Position numbers and translations under genes: made by a program | NCBI GenBank assembly: GCA_964016885.1 | Contig: OZ024741.1 | Coordinates: forward strand, 44,640,001-44,704,000 | Reading direction: 5' to 3' | Length of the DNA stretch: 64,000 nucleotides | DNA from: Eledone cirrhosa | Taxonomy: Eukaryota | Shown here: positions 40,860 through 55,202 of the stretch, piece by piece | Position numbering within the stretch: the stretch's first letter is position 1 | How the letters are laid out: every line of letters starts with the position of its first letter | The notes under the pieces: generated by a model | Seen by the model: only the letters and a program-made list of their open reading frames with translations | Databases searched by the model: none | Told to the model about the DNA's origin: nothing

Positions 40860-41460
40860 GGCGACGCACTGTTTTGTTCGGTATAAAGAAATACCTTTTC
40901 GCATAGGGAACTTACAATTGGTGCTGCTGGATATATGCAGAGACTGTAGATTATATCAACGTAAATGTGTTGCCTCATCACCATACAAACCATAACAGTC
41001 ATTGTGAAGTTGAGTCGAGAAGTAAATCTACTTGGGATAATCAATTTATTAAATCTATTATCACAAAAGACGTCTACACTACTTTATACAGTCTAGAAAA
41101 TCATGTGATTTACAGTTTGGCGGCGAACATTACGGGCTGCGGTGTCAGCAAAGTTAATTATTTAGATGTCAATTTTGAAAGGAACAGTGGATCCCTGGTG
41201 ATAAGTGTTATCATTAACGCTAGATACTTTAGTTTGGCGGTGGCGTGGATGCTTTTACCTGCAGCTTTATCCCCAAATTCTTAAGTCATGTATTAACGTA
41301 TAGCTGAATGTGCAACCAAGTAGAATCTTCAAGGAAGAGGTTAAACGGGTGTTAATACAGAGGGTTAAACAATATTATGATAGAAACATGTTGATACTAC
41401 AGTTATGTCGGAGCATTAACATGAGTGGAAAATTTGAAATAATCCTGACTATTTCGGATA
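40860..41460 (+). pseudogene. Possible very old PLE RT remnant
   Basis: SKVNYLDVNFERNSG resembles the VNFLDVTLNLNN motif of the Hydra-like RTs here; little else is readable. Confidence 0.3.
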
Positions 41461-41483
41461 GCTAGCGTTGACTAATAGCAATC

Positions 41484-41523
<40 letters not shown>

Positions 41524-41653
41524 CAAGAAAGAAGAGTGACATGGTTTGCTATACAATAAGGGCTTTATTCACGTTAATACTATCAACTACACGGACTACC
41601 CTAACTGGACTACATCTAAGTGGACTACATATAACAATAATTTGTTATCCAGT

Positions 41654-41730
<77 letters not shown>

Positions 41731-41891
41731 GTATTAGTTATACTATTTATGGTTATGTAAATACAAAACCTTATGCAGTTATAAGTATTTTATATACACC
41801 CCAAATAGTGGTAGGCAGTAATGTATTACTACCTTATCACCAGTAAGTTAAGTAGCTCAATGTAAAAACATCAGATGATTTACAGAGCAGT

Positions 41892-42864
41892 TATATGAAA
41901 TATAAGAATCAAAGAACTGTTCAAAACATTATTGTGCTTACAGCTGTTTCCTCCAAACCGAGGTTTGGATCCTTCGGAGCAATTTATTAATGCATGTACA
42001 GTTATATGACCTCCTTTTCAGCCAAGAGCCATACCGATACATATGCAAATATTGTGGGTCAACATTCATTACAGAATTTAGAGTGGCAGTACACACTTCG
42101 AGATTACATTCATATTAAGAAGTACAATCAAAAATCAAAAATACAGGTTAAAATACAACATGAAGATAAGCGGTTATATAGTGCAAATGTTATATGTGTG
42201 GCACGCATGTGTGTCTTGTTTATATAGTATGACAGAGAGATATGTGTGGTAGAGGCACTTAGGTAGGTAAACGGAGTGTTAGGTTGGTACATCTGGTGGC
42301 AAATTCTTTATATGATTGATATAGTCTGTGTGTGGAGAAATGTTATAAGCATTAAAAATAGTGCAAGCATTAAAAGTGTTAAAAGTGCTTGCACTATTTT
42401 TAATGCTTATAACATTTCTCCACACACAGACTATATCAATCATATAAAGAATTTGCCACCAGATCTACCAACTTAACACTCCTGTTTACCTACCTAAGTG
42501 CCTCTACCACACATATCTCTCTGTCATACTATATAAACAAGACGCACATGCGTGCCACACATATAACATTTGCACTATATAACCGCTTATCTTCATGTTG
42601 TATTTTAACCTGTATTTTTGATTTTTGATTGTACCTCTTAATATGAATGTAATCTCGAAGTGTGTACTGCCACTCTAAATTCTGTAATGAATGTTGACCC
42701 ACAATATTTGCATATGTATCGGTATGGCTCTTGGCTGAAAAGGAGGTCATATAACTGTCCATGCATTAATAAATTGCTCCGAAGGATCCAAACCTCGGTT
42801 TGGAGGAAACAGCTGTAAGCACAATAATGTTTTGAACAGTTCTTTGATTCTTATATTTCATATA
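41892..42864. repeat. About 970-bp palindrome (about 478-bp arms, about 16-nt spacer)
   Basis: Mirror ORFs 41994-42227(+) and 42529-42762(-) are nearly identical; few mismatches between arms. Confidence 0.97.
42775..42821 (+). ncRNA. Hammerhead-like motif with non-canonical core (mirror copy 41935-41981, minus)
   Basis: tgct-CCGAAGGA-tccaaacc tc ggtttgga-g-GAAA-cagctg-TA-agca. Confidence 0.55.
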
Positions 42865-42913
42865 TATACATATATATGTTTATATATATATATATATATA
42901 TATACATATATAT

Positions 42914-42976
<63 letters not shown>

Positions 42977-43232
42977 TATGTTTATATATATATATATCAA
43001 CTAGAAATTGATTGACATATATATATATAAAATAAACATGAAACAATAACAGGGAATAATTTGTAAAGAATGTAAGCACACATAGCTAGGTAGGTAACTA
43101 ATTAAAGTTTAACTAGAACTTCAAATATATATACCTTTTAAAATGATTAATCTCCGTTGTATATATTTCATAAAAGAAATATATTTCACCATCAATCGGT
43201 AAATCCCAGTAGTCAAATATATGTATATATAT

Positions 43233-43570
43233 ATATTTATTAAAATAACAGATTAAAGTTTAAGCAGCGATTCTTTGCTTAAACTTTAATCTGTTATTTT
43301 AATAAATATTTGCTCTACTGTTCTGATATATTTGATATATATTTATCCTTATCGAGCCCTCTTTGGATTTTAGTCTTCAAATTTATTATTATTACTATAT
43401 ATACATATATATATATTAAAATAACAGATTAAAGTTTAAGCAAAGAATCGCTGCTTTCACCCTTAACTTCTGAAACTCATTGATTAAATTCTTTGCTTAA
43501 ACTTTAATCTGTTATTTTAATAAATATTTGCTCTATGGTTCTTATATATTTGATATATATTTATCGCGCC
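43233..43570. repeat. Two related short fold-back repeats
   Basis: attaaaataacagattaaagtttaagca and its reverse complement occur twice (43233-43309, 43415-43522). Confidence 0.85.
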
Positions 43571-43592
43571 CTCTTTGGATTTTATTATTATT

Positions 43593-43782
43593 AGGATTGG
43601 CAGTATCGGTAGAGGGTCGGACGACATTTTTTCCAGCATAGTTACGTCCCTTTACGATCTGCGTTCAAATCCGGCCGAGGTTAACTTTGCCTTTCATCCT
43701 TACGGGGTCGATAAAATAAAGTACCAGTAATGCACTGGGTAATTTGCTGGCCTTGTGCCTAAAGTAGAAACAATTATTATTA
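43593..43782 (+). mobile_element. tRNA-derived SINE
   Basis: Same family as 39779; (ATT)n flanks. Confidence 0.88.
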
Positions 43783-43918
43783 CTATATATATATACATAT
43801 GTGTATGTGTGTATGTATGTATGTATGTATGTATACGTCGTTTTTGTATTTCCTTTGCAAGATTATTTGCAGCATGGCCCTCTCAAAGTATAACAATATG
43901 TATATATATATATATATA

Positions 43919-44363
43919 GTATAAAAGAGAAAACACAGGTAAGCATTAAGAAAAGGATTTTATCCATGTATTTACGACCGCTTCATTGGTAAGTGCAACC
44001 TTATATTACTATACTGCAAATAGCAGCCACTCAATGATAATTGTTTTTCACGTCCAAATTTTCAAAATAGTAAGTTACTCTTAAAAAGGTACTTAATATA
44101 TAGAAAAACATTTTTGGGAATTGTATTTACTAGTATAGAGAGAGAGGAGGAGGAATTAGAAAGTGGGGGGACAAACGGAATAGTATAGAGAGAGAGGAAG
44201 GCGGAGAAGAATTAGGAAGTAGAGTGACAAACTGAGATGGATGGAGGTGTAGAGGTGGAAGGATTCCTTGATCAGTTTTGATATGTAGACTTCATGTCGT
44301 CGATTTAGATTGTAGTGAGTTGAAGAGAATTAAATTGTGTATAGTGGGATGGATGGAGAGAGA

Positions 44364-44419
<56 letters not shown>

Positions 44420-46089
44420 AGTTATAGAGAGATAAATATATATATAAAAAAATAAAAATAAAAATAAAGCAGGCGGGGGGGGGGGGGGGGGGGCTTGAAA
44501 GAAGAAGTGAAAAGATAGCCAAAAAGAGGAGAGAAGAAAGGAAGAAAACGAAAAGAAATAGAAAAGGAATGAAGCAGAAGGGAGGGATATAGGTATTATT
44601 GGTTTTTGTGGGTAATTAAAGGGGTTAGATACAATAAGAGGGTAGAAAGTCTAAGTATATGCAGTTTGTCAGCTGGTAGTAAGAGGTTAAGGGTTCGATT
44701 TGCACTTGTAGTGCGAAAACTTTTCTTTGAGTCTATGGTTTCAATAAATTGATCTTTCTATTTTATTGTTGAGTAACTTATTCTTCGAACTCAAAATGTG
44801 GAACAGCTCAAGGTCACATAATCGACGGCTTCTCATACCACTCCGATATGGGGGTGCGTTCGATATATTTTTCCACTTCAGGGTGTATTGGTGGTTACTT
44901 TCCCTCAGTTGCCAGGTCTTGTTTGCAAGGGTAGTTACATAACGATGTTGGGAATGATTCATTGCGTAACGGTGTGTATACCAGCGGGCTTTAAATGTAT
45001 TCCCAGTCGCTCCGATGTAATACCATTTCTGGTTGTCTGATTCTACTGTGCATTGGTAAACCTGATTAGACTGCATACATTCATTATGTAATGGAGATGT
45101 TTCAGGTAGGTGGCAGTTACAATTCTTGTCATGGGCAACTTTGGCATTATTGGTGGGCTGCGATGCCTGTACAAGTGTGTTACGTTTTATTTGCCTATTA
45201 GTGGGTGGTTGTGTATTAGATATTCTGTTGTGTTTAATGGTGATTGTATTCTTATTGTTATAACCTTGTGTTCTGGTGTTGTTATGTATCTATTTAGCGT
45301 TAAGCATCTTAATGTGTGCCTCTATGTTTGGTGCTGTGGAGTAAGATAGTCTAATAGATTTAGTGTTAAGGATTTTGCTGTATCTCTGTGAATCTGGAAA
45401 GTGCTTATTTATTATTCTTAAGAAAGTAGAGGGTAGGTTAGTACTAATAGAGGTGTTAAATATGGGGTTATACCTAATATATTTTCTACTGAGTGACTTG
45501 TTTGATTTCGATGTTGTATTTCTATTTACCGTATACTTTGTAGTTCTATGCGTAAGTGCGTGTGTGCGTGGGTCTCTGGAGTTTGTGTTATGCGTGTTCG
45601 TGTGCGCTTTGCGGAGGCTCTCATCTATATCTATATATACAAGTGGTCTGCCTTGTCTAATGCGGTATTGTAGTATTCTGCATGTTCCTCGAAGATTTGT
45701 CGGTTAGACGAGAGGCGGGAGATCCTAAGGGATGTGCTGCGTGGAATGGATTTAATTATGGATAGTGGGTGGTTTGAGTTACAGTTGATGTATGCTAAGT
45801 TTTCATTAATCTTGAAAATTCATTAATCTTGAAAATTTGGACGTGAACAACAATTATCATTGAGTGGCTGGTATAGCAATATAAGGTTGCACTTACCAAT
45901 GAAACGGTCGTAAATACCTGGATAAAATCCCTTTCGTAATGCTTACCTGTGTTTTCTCTTTTATACTCCAAGATTGAACGGAATTCTTACAAACTTCTGG
46001 AGTTACCCCTAACCGTACGTTGAAAACCGTCCATGAAACTGGCTTTCTTAACCACGAACTGGATCACAATAAGCATTTTCCCTCCTCCT

Positions 46090-46090
<1 letters not shown>
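43919..46090 (-). mobile_element. 5'-truncated Hydra-like PLE with inverted pLTR
   Basis: ORF 44741-45076 has VYQCTV..YYIGATGNTFKARW..TLKWK..LCDLE. Upstream YINCNSNHP and YNPIFN motifs. 43919-44067 is inverted at 45829-45966. Confidence 0.85.
43969..44069 (-). ncRNA. Variant hammerhead (U3-A8) with long stem II; mirror copy 45826-45916 (+)
   Basis: tatt-TTGAAAA-tttgg...ccaat-GAAG (GAAA in the mirror copy)-cggtcg-TA-aata. Confidence 0.6.
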
Positions 46091-46128
<38 letters not shown>

Positions 46129-48545
46129 GGAAAGAGAGAGAGCGAGAGAGAGACAAAGAGATACACATATATTCTTTAGACGAACAAATGTGTCGCAATT
46201 GTATATCGCGAATACAACATAATAGATAGACATCAAATACAATAAAAGTGTGAAAAAATATTATCAACCAAAAATATAGTTACAAATGTTTAATTGGTTT
46301 ACTGAATGCCTGTCTAGCAGAATTTTGAAACTATTTTACATTATACATTTGTTCCCTGTATATATTTAACAGTTTATTTAATATATCTTATCTATAGCAA
46401 CATTTCACACATTTCCAACTTTTTATAATCAGATCAGTACCATTTCTCTACAAGTGAAGTCAGAATATATTATAGGATGTTCCATACATAATTTATAGCT
46501 TATTTCCGACATGCTTCAAGTGTTAGGTGCTACAAATCTATTAATGTATATTTGTAATAGTTTCCTGCTATTCTCTATCAAATTCCACCAGATTTATGAG
46601 ATTTTAGGTATATATTTACCTGTGGTATTTAAATGTATTTTCTTAATAGCGGAAATCTTGCTGTTGTCATATTATGGAACACAATATTTCATATTGTTAC
46701 ATGTAATTATGAGAAAACATTGAACATAAGGTTACGTAACATGCATTTTAGAGTGTAGTTGAATAATGTTTTAGTAATATATGCAAAACGAAGAAAATGG
46801 TATTGGTCCACAAATATTATTGAATTCCTGTTAAACAACGCCGGCGAGTATTCCAGTTGTTCGAACACCAGATCAGTCGGCTCTTGAAATAAATGTACAC
46901 TCTTAACGTAGCTATCCAGCGTGTTACAATCTGGCATGGTTAGCTTTTTGAATTACAGACACAACTCAATTTTACTGATTCGACTGAATCAACGAAAATA
47001 ACGTGTTCTGCCAAAGAACACAACTTATTGCCAAGAATCGAAATCACGATGTGAAGATCGTGTGCAGAAAACTCTATCCACTAAGTCACATACCTTCACA
47101 CTAGCGAATATGGCCTGCCATAGCAAATAGCAACACATACACAATGCAATATACTATTTAATGTCTTAGTTTTCTCTGAGGGGAAGAAGCTATCTAACGT
47201 TCTTCACAGCTGTATCGTTTATGAAATTATTTTTTGTTTATGTCACAAAATAGCGAATGAGAAATTAAGGAAATTGCATAAATTTTATAAATTGAATAAA
47301 TCAAATAAATGAATATTAACTGTTAAACTTTATTTCTGTGATTAGCCACCTTTTAAATATGCACTGGGACAAACATCTCTAATGGAATTGTAACGTCTAT
47401 TTAAACAATCAAACCACTCACAGCTTATTCTGTTGTTGCTGATTCAACTTTGAATTCGGTCCAGTATAAATGTGAATTGAGAATGAAGTGAAATGCAATA
47501 GTATCAGATTTATTCGCTCTTTCTGCAATCTCAACCCTCATATAATACCAACGAATGGAATTTTTGCACCATGTATCATTGATCAATGCCTAACATCTCA
47601 TACGTCGAAACGTAGTTTAATGAAGATACATGTATTAATTTACGCGTTTCATGTTAAACATTCCTCAGATTTTGACAAGAAACAATCGACGAAGTGCTTG
47701 AGTAAGACTGACAGTCTGATTCAATCCTCGTTCTAATCAGTTAGTTTTCCATCTGTTTACTGCCGCCATTGTTTTCATTTCTTGGCCACAATGTTCCCAA
47801 ATCGACACAACTACCATCTTCTGTTTAAGAAATATATACAAATGTTTCTTGATTAATGTATCCTTGTCAGTGAATCGAACACCATCATACTAGATATGGC
47901 AAGTCGCCTAAAAGGAAAAGACTGTTGAAAATTGCAATATTCATCCGTAATAACCATATATCAGGTTTAAGTTACTAAGGTTGTCAAATTATCTTTGCTC
48001 ACATCATTTCTCTCTCTTATTCCCCTAACAGCCAAAATCCAGCTACAGATACTACTCATAGTGACAATAAAACTATAAATAACAATATTTAAGTTTGTTA
48101 ATAAGCTTGGTTCCTCATTGAATTGATCCAGGTCGGCATATTTTTCCACATTTTCAGTAATAAAATAAACATTTACTTAACTGTAGAATTCTCATTAATT
48201 TAATATATTATGAAAGCTGCGCTTCAAGAGGGGAATAGATGTGTTATTATGCGTTTAAATGAGAAGACTCTCAGCCATCATTAAAATACTTTAGATATCA
48301 TGTTATTTATGATATTTTGTTCTTAACATTTGTGTAAAAGCTGAGTGTTAAATATCTGGAGTATAAATGTGTTTTGAAGTTACTTTTAACAACACATATA
48401 TTATTGTTTTATATACATGTAGAGAAACATCGATATATTTCATATATGTAAACAAAAATGATTTACTACCATAGCTTACTATATAAACATATATATACTG
48501 ATTCTGGTGTGTGTGTTTGTGTGTGGTGTGTGTGTATGTATGTGT

Positions 48546-48583
<38 letters not shown>

Positions 48584-50674
48584 TTATCAAAAACTACCCG
48601 TTATGTATTGCCGACATAAGAGAACAATTTAATTCTTTGATTCAGATATATATATGATAGCTTTAATACACTTCTTGGAAAGAGTATTAACCATTGATTA
48701 TATATGTCTACGAAATTGAAACATATATATATATACATATATATATATACTTATGTGCTTAGATCTTACAAACATTACGTTACTTATTAACGTTGAATGT
48801 GCGACAACCATGTAGAGTGTGAGACGATATCACATGAGAATCAGCTAGACATTAAATAAAAACAGTTCACTAAAATATCCTTTATTTCAACAAGTAATCC
48901 ATTGTCAACGGCTATGATATAAGATATGAGGTCCTTATATTTCACTAGTTTGGAGAGTCTATCTACCTTGATATTTTCGCTAGGAAACTATATTCATGTT
49001 TTGGTTTAGACTTACGTAAGAAATGACATTTTGTTTGTATAATCAATTTCATCGTAAATGTACAACAATGGAAGGCACCCTATAGTCAGACCAAACAAGG
49101 GAATCAAAATGTTCATCAATCTTTCCACTGCTGATAATATATGCTGATTGCTAATAGTGACGGTAAAAAGCGGGGCTGGAAGTCAGAACGCACTATCTCG
49201 AATTATATACTGCAACGCGTCCCGTCCGACTTCACAAATCCACCTCCTTAGACTGCAACTTTATTGCTTTCGACAGGATGAAAAATAAAGTTGTTCTTCA
49301 CAAGATTTAAACACGGAGTGTGAAGAACACATTTAATCTGCTGCTCTACCACTCTGCCAAATTCGTAGCATCAACACGGAACTAAAATTACTTTTGACAT
49401 GTGTACAATGTATTGCAAATATTACAAATAGCATCTAAATCTCCTTCCCATACTACCAAATATTTTCTATGGAATATGTGTGATTAAATACATTTTACAG
49501 TTCCATTATATGGGGATTATACAAAACAAATATGCATGTAATTTAGAACGCATTATCTATAGAAATACGCTAATTATAAACTATGGATTCTTTTGTTATC
49601 AGTGGGATTCAGAAATATAATTGAATTTAGCTCATTGAGACATGGATTTTGATTCTGAATAGCTGCCAAATCCTCTTCACACTCTAATGATTTAAGAACC
49701 CCAAAAGCTGATATTGTATATTGCCAGTCTTACACGCTCATAACAAGCTCTGATGATCGCAGCTAGTATGCTTTTAACCGTATTGTAGTATTAAATTATC
49801 ATAACAAGGAGAGGTGGTCATATCTGGAGGTTATTTAATTATATATCTTTAGGATGAGAGGTACTACTTACATGGTACTTGTTTTTGTGCAATCCTCACA
49901 CTATCAGATAAAATTCCATTCAATCTTACCGAGGATGGATATGTCTATTCTCCCGAAAGAGCTCTGAAAAATAGACTGGCCATTTCCATGCATTCACATC
50001 CACTATAACACAGAGTAGTGCATGCGCCATTTTGTACGCAGTGACCATAAAGGAGTATAAATACACTATCAGAATAATTTCCCTTCATATAAAGTACATA
50101 ACTCTATTAATATATTTCTTAAATTAGTTTCTAAACATAGACAACAGGTCACATTTTTGCAGAGAAGATCGAGTTAATTTAAATATTGTCATTATTTTTT
50201 CGTATAAAAACAATGTTTTCTTATCAGCATGAAGGCATCTTATTTCTTTAGATGTGTTATTTATGGCCACTGAGAGTTAAGTTCAGAAATTAACTTTGTA
50301 ATAAAAGGCCTTTACAAATCATTGTTTCGTAAATATGTAATAAATATATAGAGAGATCGGAGAGACATTGAAATAGAAACATATATTGATGCCAAAATTG
50401 CTGACAGATTACAATACGTTTAAATTTGATAATCACAGAAGACGTGAATTTATGTGATTAATAAACAGATGTTAATATAGTTTATTTTATGTGATTGCCT
50501 AGAGATAGTAGATCAGTTAAGTCATAAAGACGATAAAAGTCAGTAGAGGTGATTAAATGTAATTTTCTGGATGAACCTGATTTCAGTGTCGCTTTTCTTA
50601 GGCATATTATTTCATCTGAGATATAAATATATCTTGTAGCTCCCACTGTTCATCAATCCGTACGCATTCACGTA

Positions 50675-50779
<105 letters not shown>

Positions 50780-50851
50780 GTATGTATATACGTGTATGTT
50801 TGTGTGGAGGGTTAATGTGTATACACACACACACACACACACACACTCATG

Positions 50852-50949
<98 letters not shown>

Positions 50950-50989
50950 TATAGTAGGATAGATTCAGATGTTATACCGACAATATATT

Positions 50990-51960
50990 AAAAGAGCCAG
51001 CAATAGCCAATTGCCAAAGGTCCTTTGGGTCATTCCTTCTTCAGCTTTCTAACACCCTCCTTAGAATACTTGCTGTTCCTAGCAAGGCTGTTTTCTGCAA
51101 CAATCCTTTCCTGGTGGTCATTTCTAGCTTCTTATCCCATGCATCCAACCATCGACTAACTGCTGCCAGTGTGCCAACCACGATCGGTACCACATCTACG
51201 TGTCTGATTCTCCATAGCTTCCTGATTTCTCACTTCAACTCCTGGTATTTCTCTACTCTCACACTTTCCTTCTCAATCACCCTGTGGTCCCATGGTGAAA
51301 CAATATCCACAATACTTGCCTTGTTATTATACGGCAACAATGTCAGGCTTTCTAGTCACGATAATATGGTCGCACCGGTTGGTTATGTCCCACAAGCTCT
51401 TATACTGTTCCTTTTCAACATCCCTTTCCGGTTAGTACACGTACCATTTCTCATTTCTGCACATGTCATACTTATGACAGAGCTTCCAATGAACCAATCT
51501 GGAAATGTTGCCATGCCTTCTTTCATACTCTTTCTCAGCAAGTATGTTACATTCACAAATAATGTCGTTTATAGTTTCAGCTTTCTTACCACACAAGCTA
51601 CACTGTAGGGGATTCACTGACATGTTAATATTGAACTTGATATAATTCGTTCTCAATGCCTGTTCCTGAGCTGCGAAAATATTTTAAATTTAAAGTCGCG
51701 TTTCTTAGTTCATTGCCAGTTCTTATTTTTGTCAACTGCCTCAGGCATTTCACGTACGTATTGACCATACATTTTTTCTTCCATCTATTCAATGTATCAT
51801 TCTGTTTGTCTTGTATATATTCACCCTTTTCCTTTGCTTCATCACTGTTTAGGACCTTTATCTTTCTTACACCCGCCATCAATCTCTCCTTTGCATTCTC
51901 TACGTACCATGCCAGATTATTTACCTCCAAATTCACATACATTTCTAGTGACCACACTTT
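50990..51960 (-). mobile_element. 3' fragment of R4/Dong-like LINE
   Basis: RTNYIK..CSLCGKKAETINDIICECNILAEKEYERRHGNISRLVHWKLC; later KYQELK, VVPIVVGTL, LQKTALLGTASILRRVL. Confidence 0.88.
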
Positions 51961-52129
51961 TCCATTGAAAGACCGGGACGTTCCTAGAAAGGTCTCAAGG
52001 TGTCTAAAGAAATCAGGCCGTCCTGCCCGTCAGGGCAGAGGCAGCCACTAGCCTGAAAGCATAGCCATCGCTGCTGATCACGTCCAGCACCACCAACTTA
52101 CCATCTGGTATTATTATTATTGTTGAACA

Positions 52130-52300
52130 GCGGTGACTTGGCAGTATCGGTAGAGGGTCGGACGCCACGCTTTGGCGCATAGAGTTACGGCCCTTGCCAT
52201 TCTGAGTTCAAATCCCTCCTACGGGGTCGATAAAATAAAGTACCAGCAATGCACTGGGTAATTGCTGGCCTTGTGCCAAAAGTAGAAACGATTATTATTA
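52130..52300 (+). mobile_element. tRNA-derived SINE with internal deletion
   Basis: Same head and tail as 39779; (ATT)n tail. Confidence 0.85.
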
Positions 52301-52329
52301 TTGTTGTTGTTGTGTTGTTTCGTTTAGAT

Positions 52330-52970
52330 TTCTTTATTGCCAAGTTCAGGCCTTGAACCTAGGGCAATAGATGTTTTCATTGTAGAGAGAGAACTTGTCT
52401 GAGAATGTGTGCTGTTCCTAGTAGCTCGATATTCTGTAGCTCAAATTTGCTGGTTTTGCAGGGAAGGACGCTAAGGTCAAGGTCTGATGATTTGGGTATT
52501 AATCCTAATGCTCCTAACCATAAGGATAGTGTTTGTGGTCATCCTCCACATGCAGTTGATCTCTATTTCCAGATATTTGTATTTTGATAGTTTTCTCATT
52601 GTTTTTATACATATATTCTTTCCAGCTGGTACGAAATTATCTATAAGGCTACACCTCCTGTCTGCTTTGTTGGCAGAGATTTCTCAGTCAGTTATCACAG
52701 CTATATCCAACAAAATGGACATGTTCCCCTCTTCTATGACTGTTTTTGGTTGATGCTCATACCATATGTTAGAAGTTTGGGTGTCATGAGAGCGGTAGAG
52801 CATCCAGTGCACACATGTGGCAATGCGTTTATGTCTTTCTCTATAGTCAGTTTTTGCCAGTTCTGGATACACTGAGATAACATGATCTACCCTCTCCTGA
52901 TGTTTGTAGCATATTTTGCATAGATAGCTAATCCCATCTTTCACTATTCTGTGCCTATAAACCCTTGAGT
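52330..52970 (-). mobile_element. 3' fragment of another R4/Dong-like LINE
   Basis: LCKICYKHQERVDHVISVYPELAKTDYRERHKRIATCVHW; KYKYLEIEI, VRSIR/GALG region, LLGTAHILRQVL. Confidence 0.8.
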
Positions 52971-53084
52971 TTAGAGATTATTTTTAGAGATTATTTGATT
53001 ATTAATATTATTCACTAGTCTTATATTGCGTATATAAGTCATTATTATTGTTACCTTTATCGTCAATGTCTTCGCCACCATCAT

Positions 53085-53106
53085 CATGATCAACACCACC
53101 ACCGCC

Positions 53107-53147
<41 letters not shown>

Positions 53148-53240
53148 AATCATCATCAACATCATCATAATCATCATCATCATCAATATTAAGATCATAA
53201 TCTTTATCACCTGCAACAACATCAACAACCTTATTATCAT
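53085..53240. repeat. (CAT)n low-complexity tract
   Basis: Direct reading. Confidence 0.9.
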
Positions 53241-53661
53241 CTTGTTACAATGATGGTGATGGTTACCGTAGATATAATATGACATCTTTAGAAACATACC
53301 AAGCAAAGGAGACAGCCCTAAATTATATTTATTTGTATAAATAAACGGCGTTCTCTCAGATTTTGTATTATTATTGCTGGCAGAATACATTATGTAAATT
53401 CTCAGATATTCCGGCTTAATCTGTCAAAATGTACAATATTTTCCATGGTGATCCGATGTCCGTTATATCAAATACCATGTGACGTATATGATAATATATG
53501 AAGAATATTTTAAAGTCCTGGACTCACATTTATGTAGCTATATGTAGTATGCTAAACTATTTCATTATACATTATAATATAGTTATTAAATGACAACAGT
53601 GATGCCAAGTGTCGAATACACACTCGCACACACCCACATACACACATACACACACACACAC

Positions 53662-53970
<309 letters not shown>

Positions 53971-54131
53971 ATATATATATATATATATATATATTAGAAA
54001 GTGAGGTTTTTTTTACAAAATGAAAAATAACCGAGGTGTCCTACACGAGTGGAAGTATAAAGAAAAAGGGATGAAATCGAAAATGCGACTGAAGTCTTAT
54101 TTTTATTTTAAATATATATATTTATTTGGTT

Positions 54132-54169
54132 CCTTTACCGGTTTCGCAGTTCTTCTGCTTTTCAAAAGG
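54132..54169 (-). ncRNA. Minimal hammerhead, U3-A8 variant, in 3' pLTR
   Basis: cctt-TTGAAAA-gcag aagaa ctgc-GAAA-ccgg-TA-aagg. Confidence 0.8.
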
Positions 54170-55202
54170 TGAGTTGAGATGGAGGGTCTGTGGTTTTTCT
54201 CACACCAGGTTGGTCTCTAAATGTTACTTGTTTTATATGGAAAAAGTGGCTCGAAAACCAGGTTTTTCGAGAAGTAATTTGATTGGTTTGTCAATAATTA
54301 TAATAAATTTCGCGCCAGTTCGTGTTACAATAGTTCTGCAAATAAGAGAGGAGGGGTTGTCACAGGTTGTTTTTTCATATATGAGTGTTTGAATTTCTTT
54401 TTACTTGAAAAAATGAGGCTCACGAAGGCTTTTTTTTGGTTGGTTATAAATGAAATTTGGCTGTCACGTGAACAAGTTTTCATTACATTTTTGCGCCCTT
54501 ATTTGGAAAACTATTCTGTAGTCTTTATAGTGAATGTTATGACAATGGAGAGATAGTGGTCAAGGGAAAAGGGATTGGGAGAAATGTTCTTGTTCAGGGA
54601 ATATGGCCAGCTGTCAGAGTTCAGGTGTCAGAGTTCAGGTTTTCTATTGAGACTGAAGATATGTGTTTATTTGTGTGCTTGTGTGTGTTTATATGCGTGT
54701 GTGTGTGTGTATGTGTGTATTGGAAGATGATTCTATTAGTAGAGATGGGGGAGGGAGTTGTGTGTGTGTGTATATGGGTGTTATGTGTGTGTGTGCGAGT
54801 ATGTTAGATAGAGAGAATATATATTTTGTGTGTGTGTATATATATATGTGTGTAGGAAAGTGGTTCTATTAGTAGAAATGGGGAGGGTGTTGTAGGTGTG
54901 GGGGTTGTTATGTGTGTGTATGGGTGTTATGTGTGTGGGAGTATGGTTAGCATGTTAAGATGAAGAGAATATATATATATATATATATATTGTGTGTGTG
55001 TGTATGTGTGTGTGTAGGAAAATGATTCCTTTAGTAGGAATATTTTTGAATGAACATATTTTCCTGACTTTTTCGTGTTTGCTGTTGTATTGCCAGTGCA
55101 AACGTATGTTTAAGGTTTATTTAGTTCGGGTTTTTATTTTCTAAAGTAGAAGGTGTTATGTGTATGTGTGTATGTCATATTGTGGTGTTGACATAATGTA
55201 TA

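Noticed and set aside
41994-42762. Duplicated 77-aa ORF as a gene pair
   Set aside because: A consequence of the palindrome; no recognisable domain.
48090-48150. Myosin-head-like DL..LNE.SLL.NL motif
   Set aside because: Similarity stops after a few residues.
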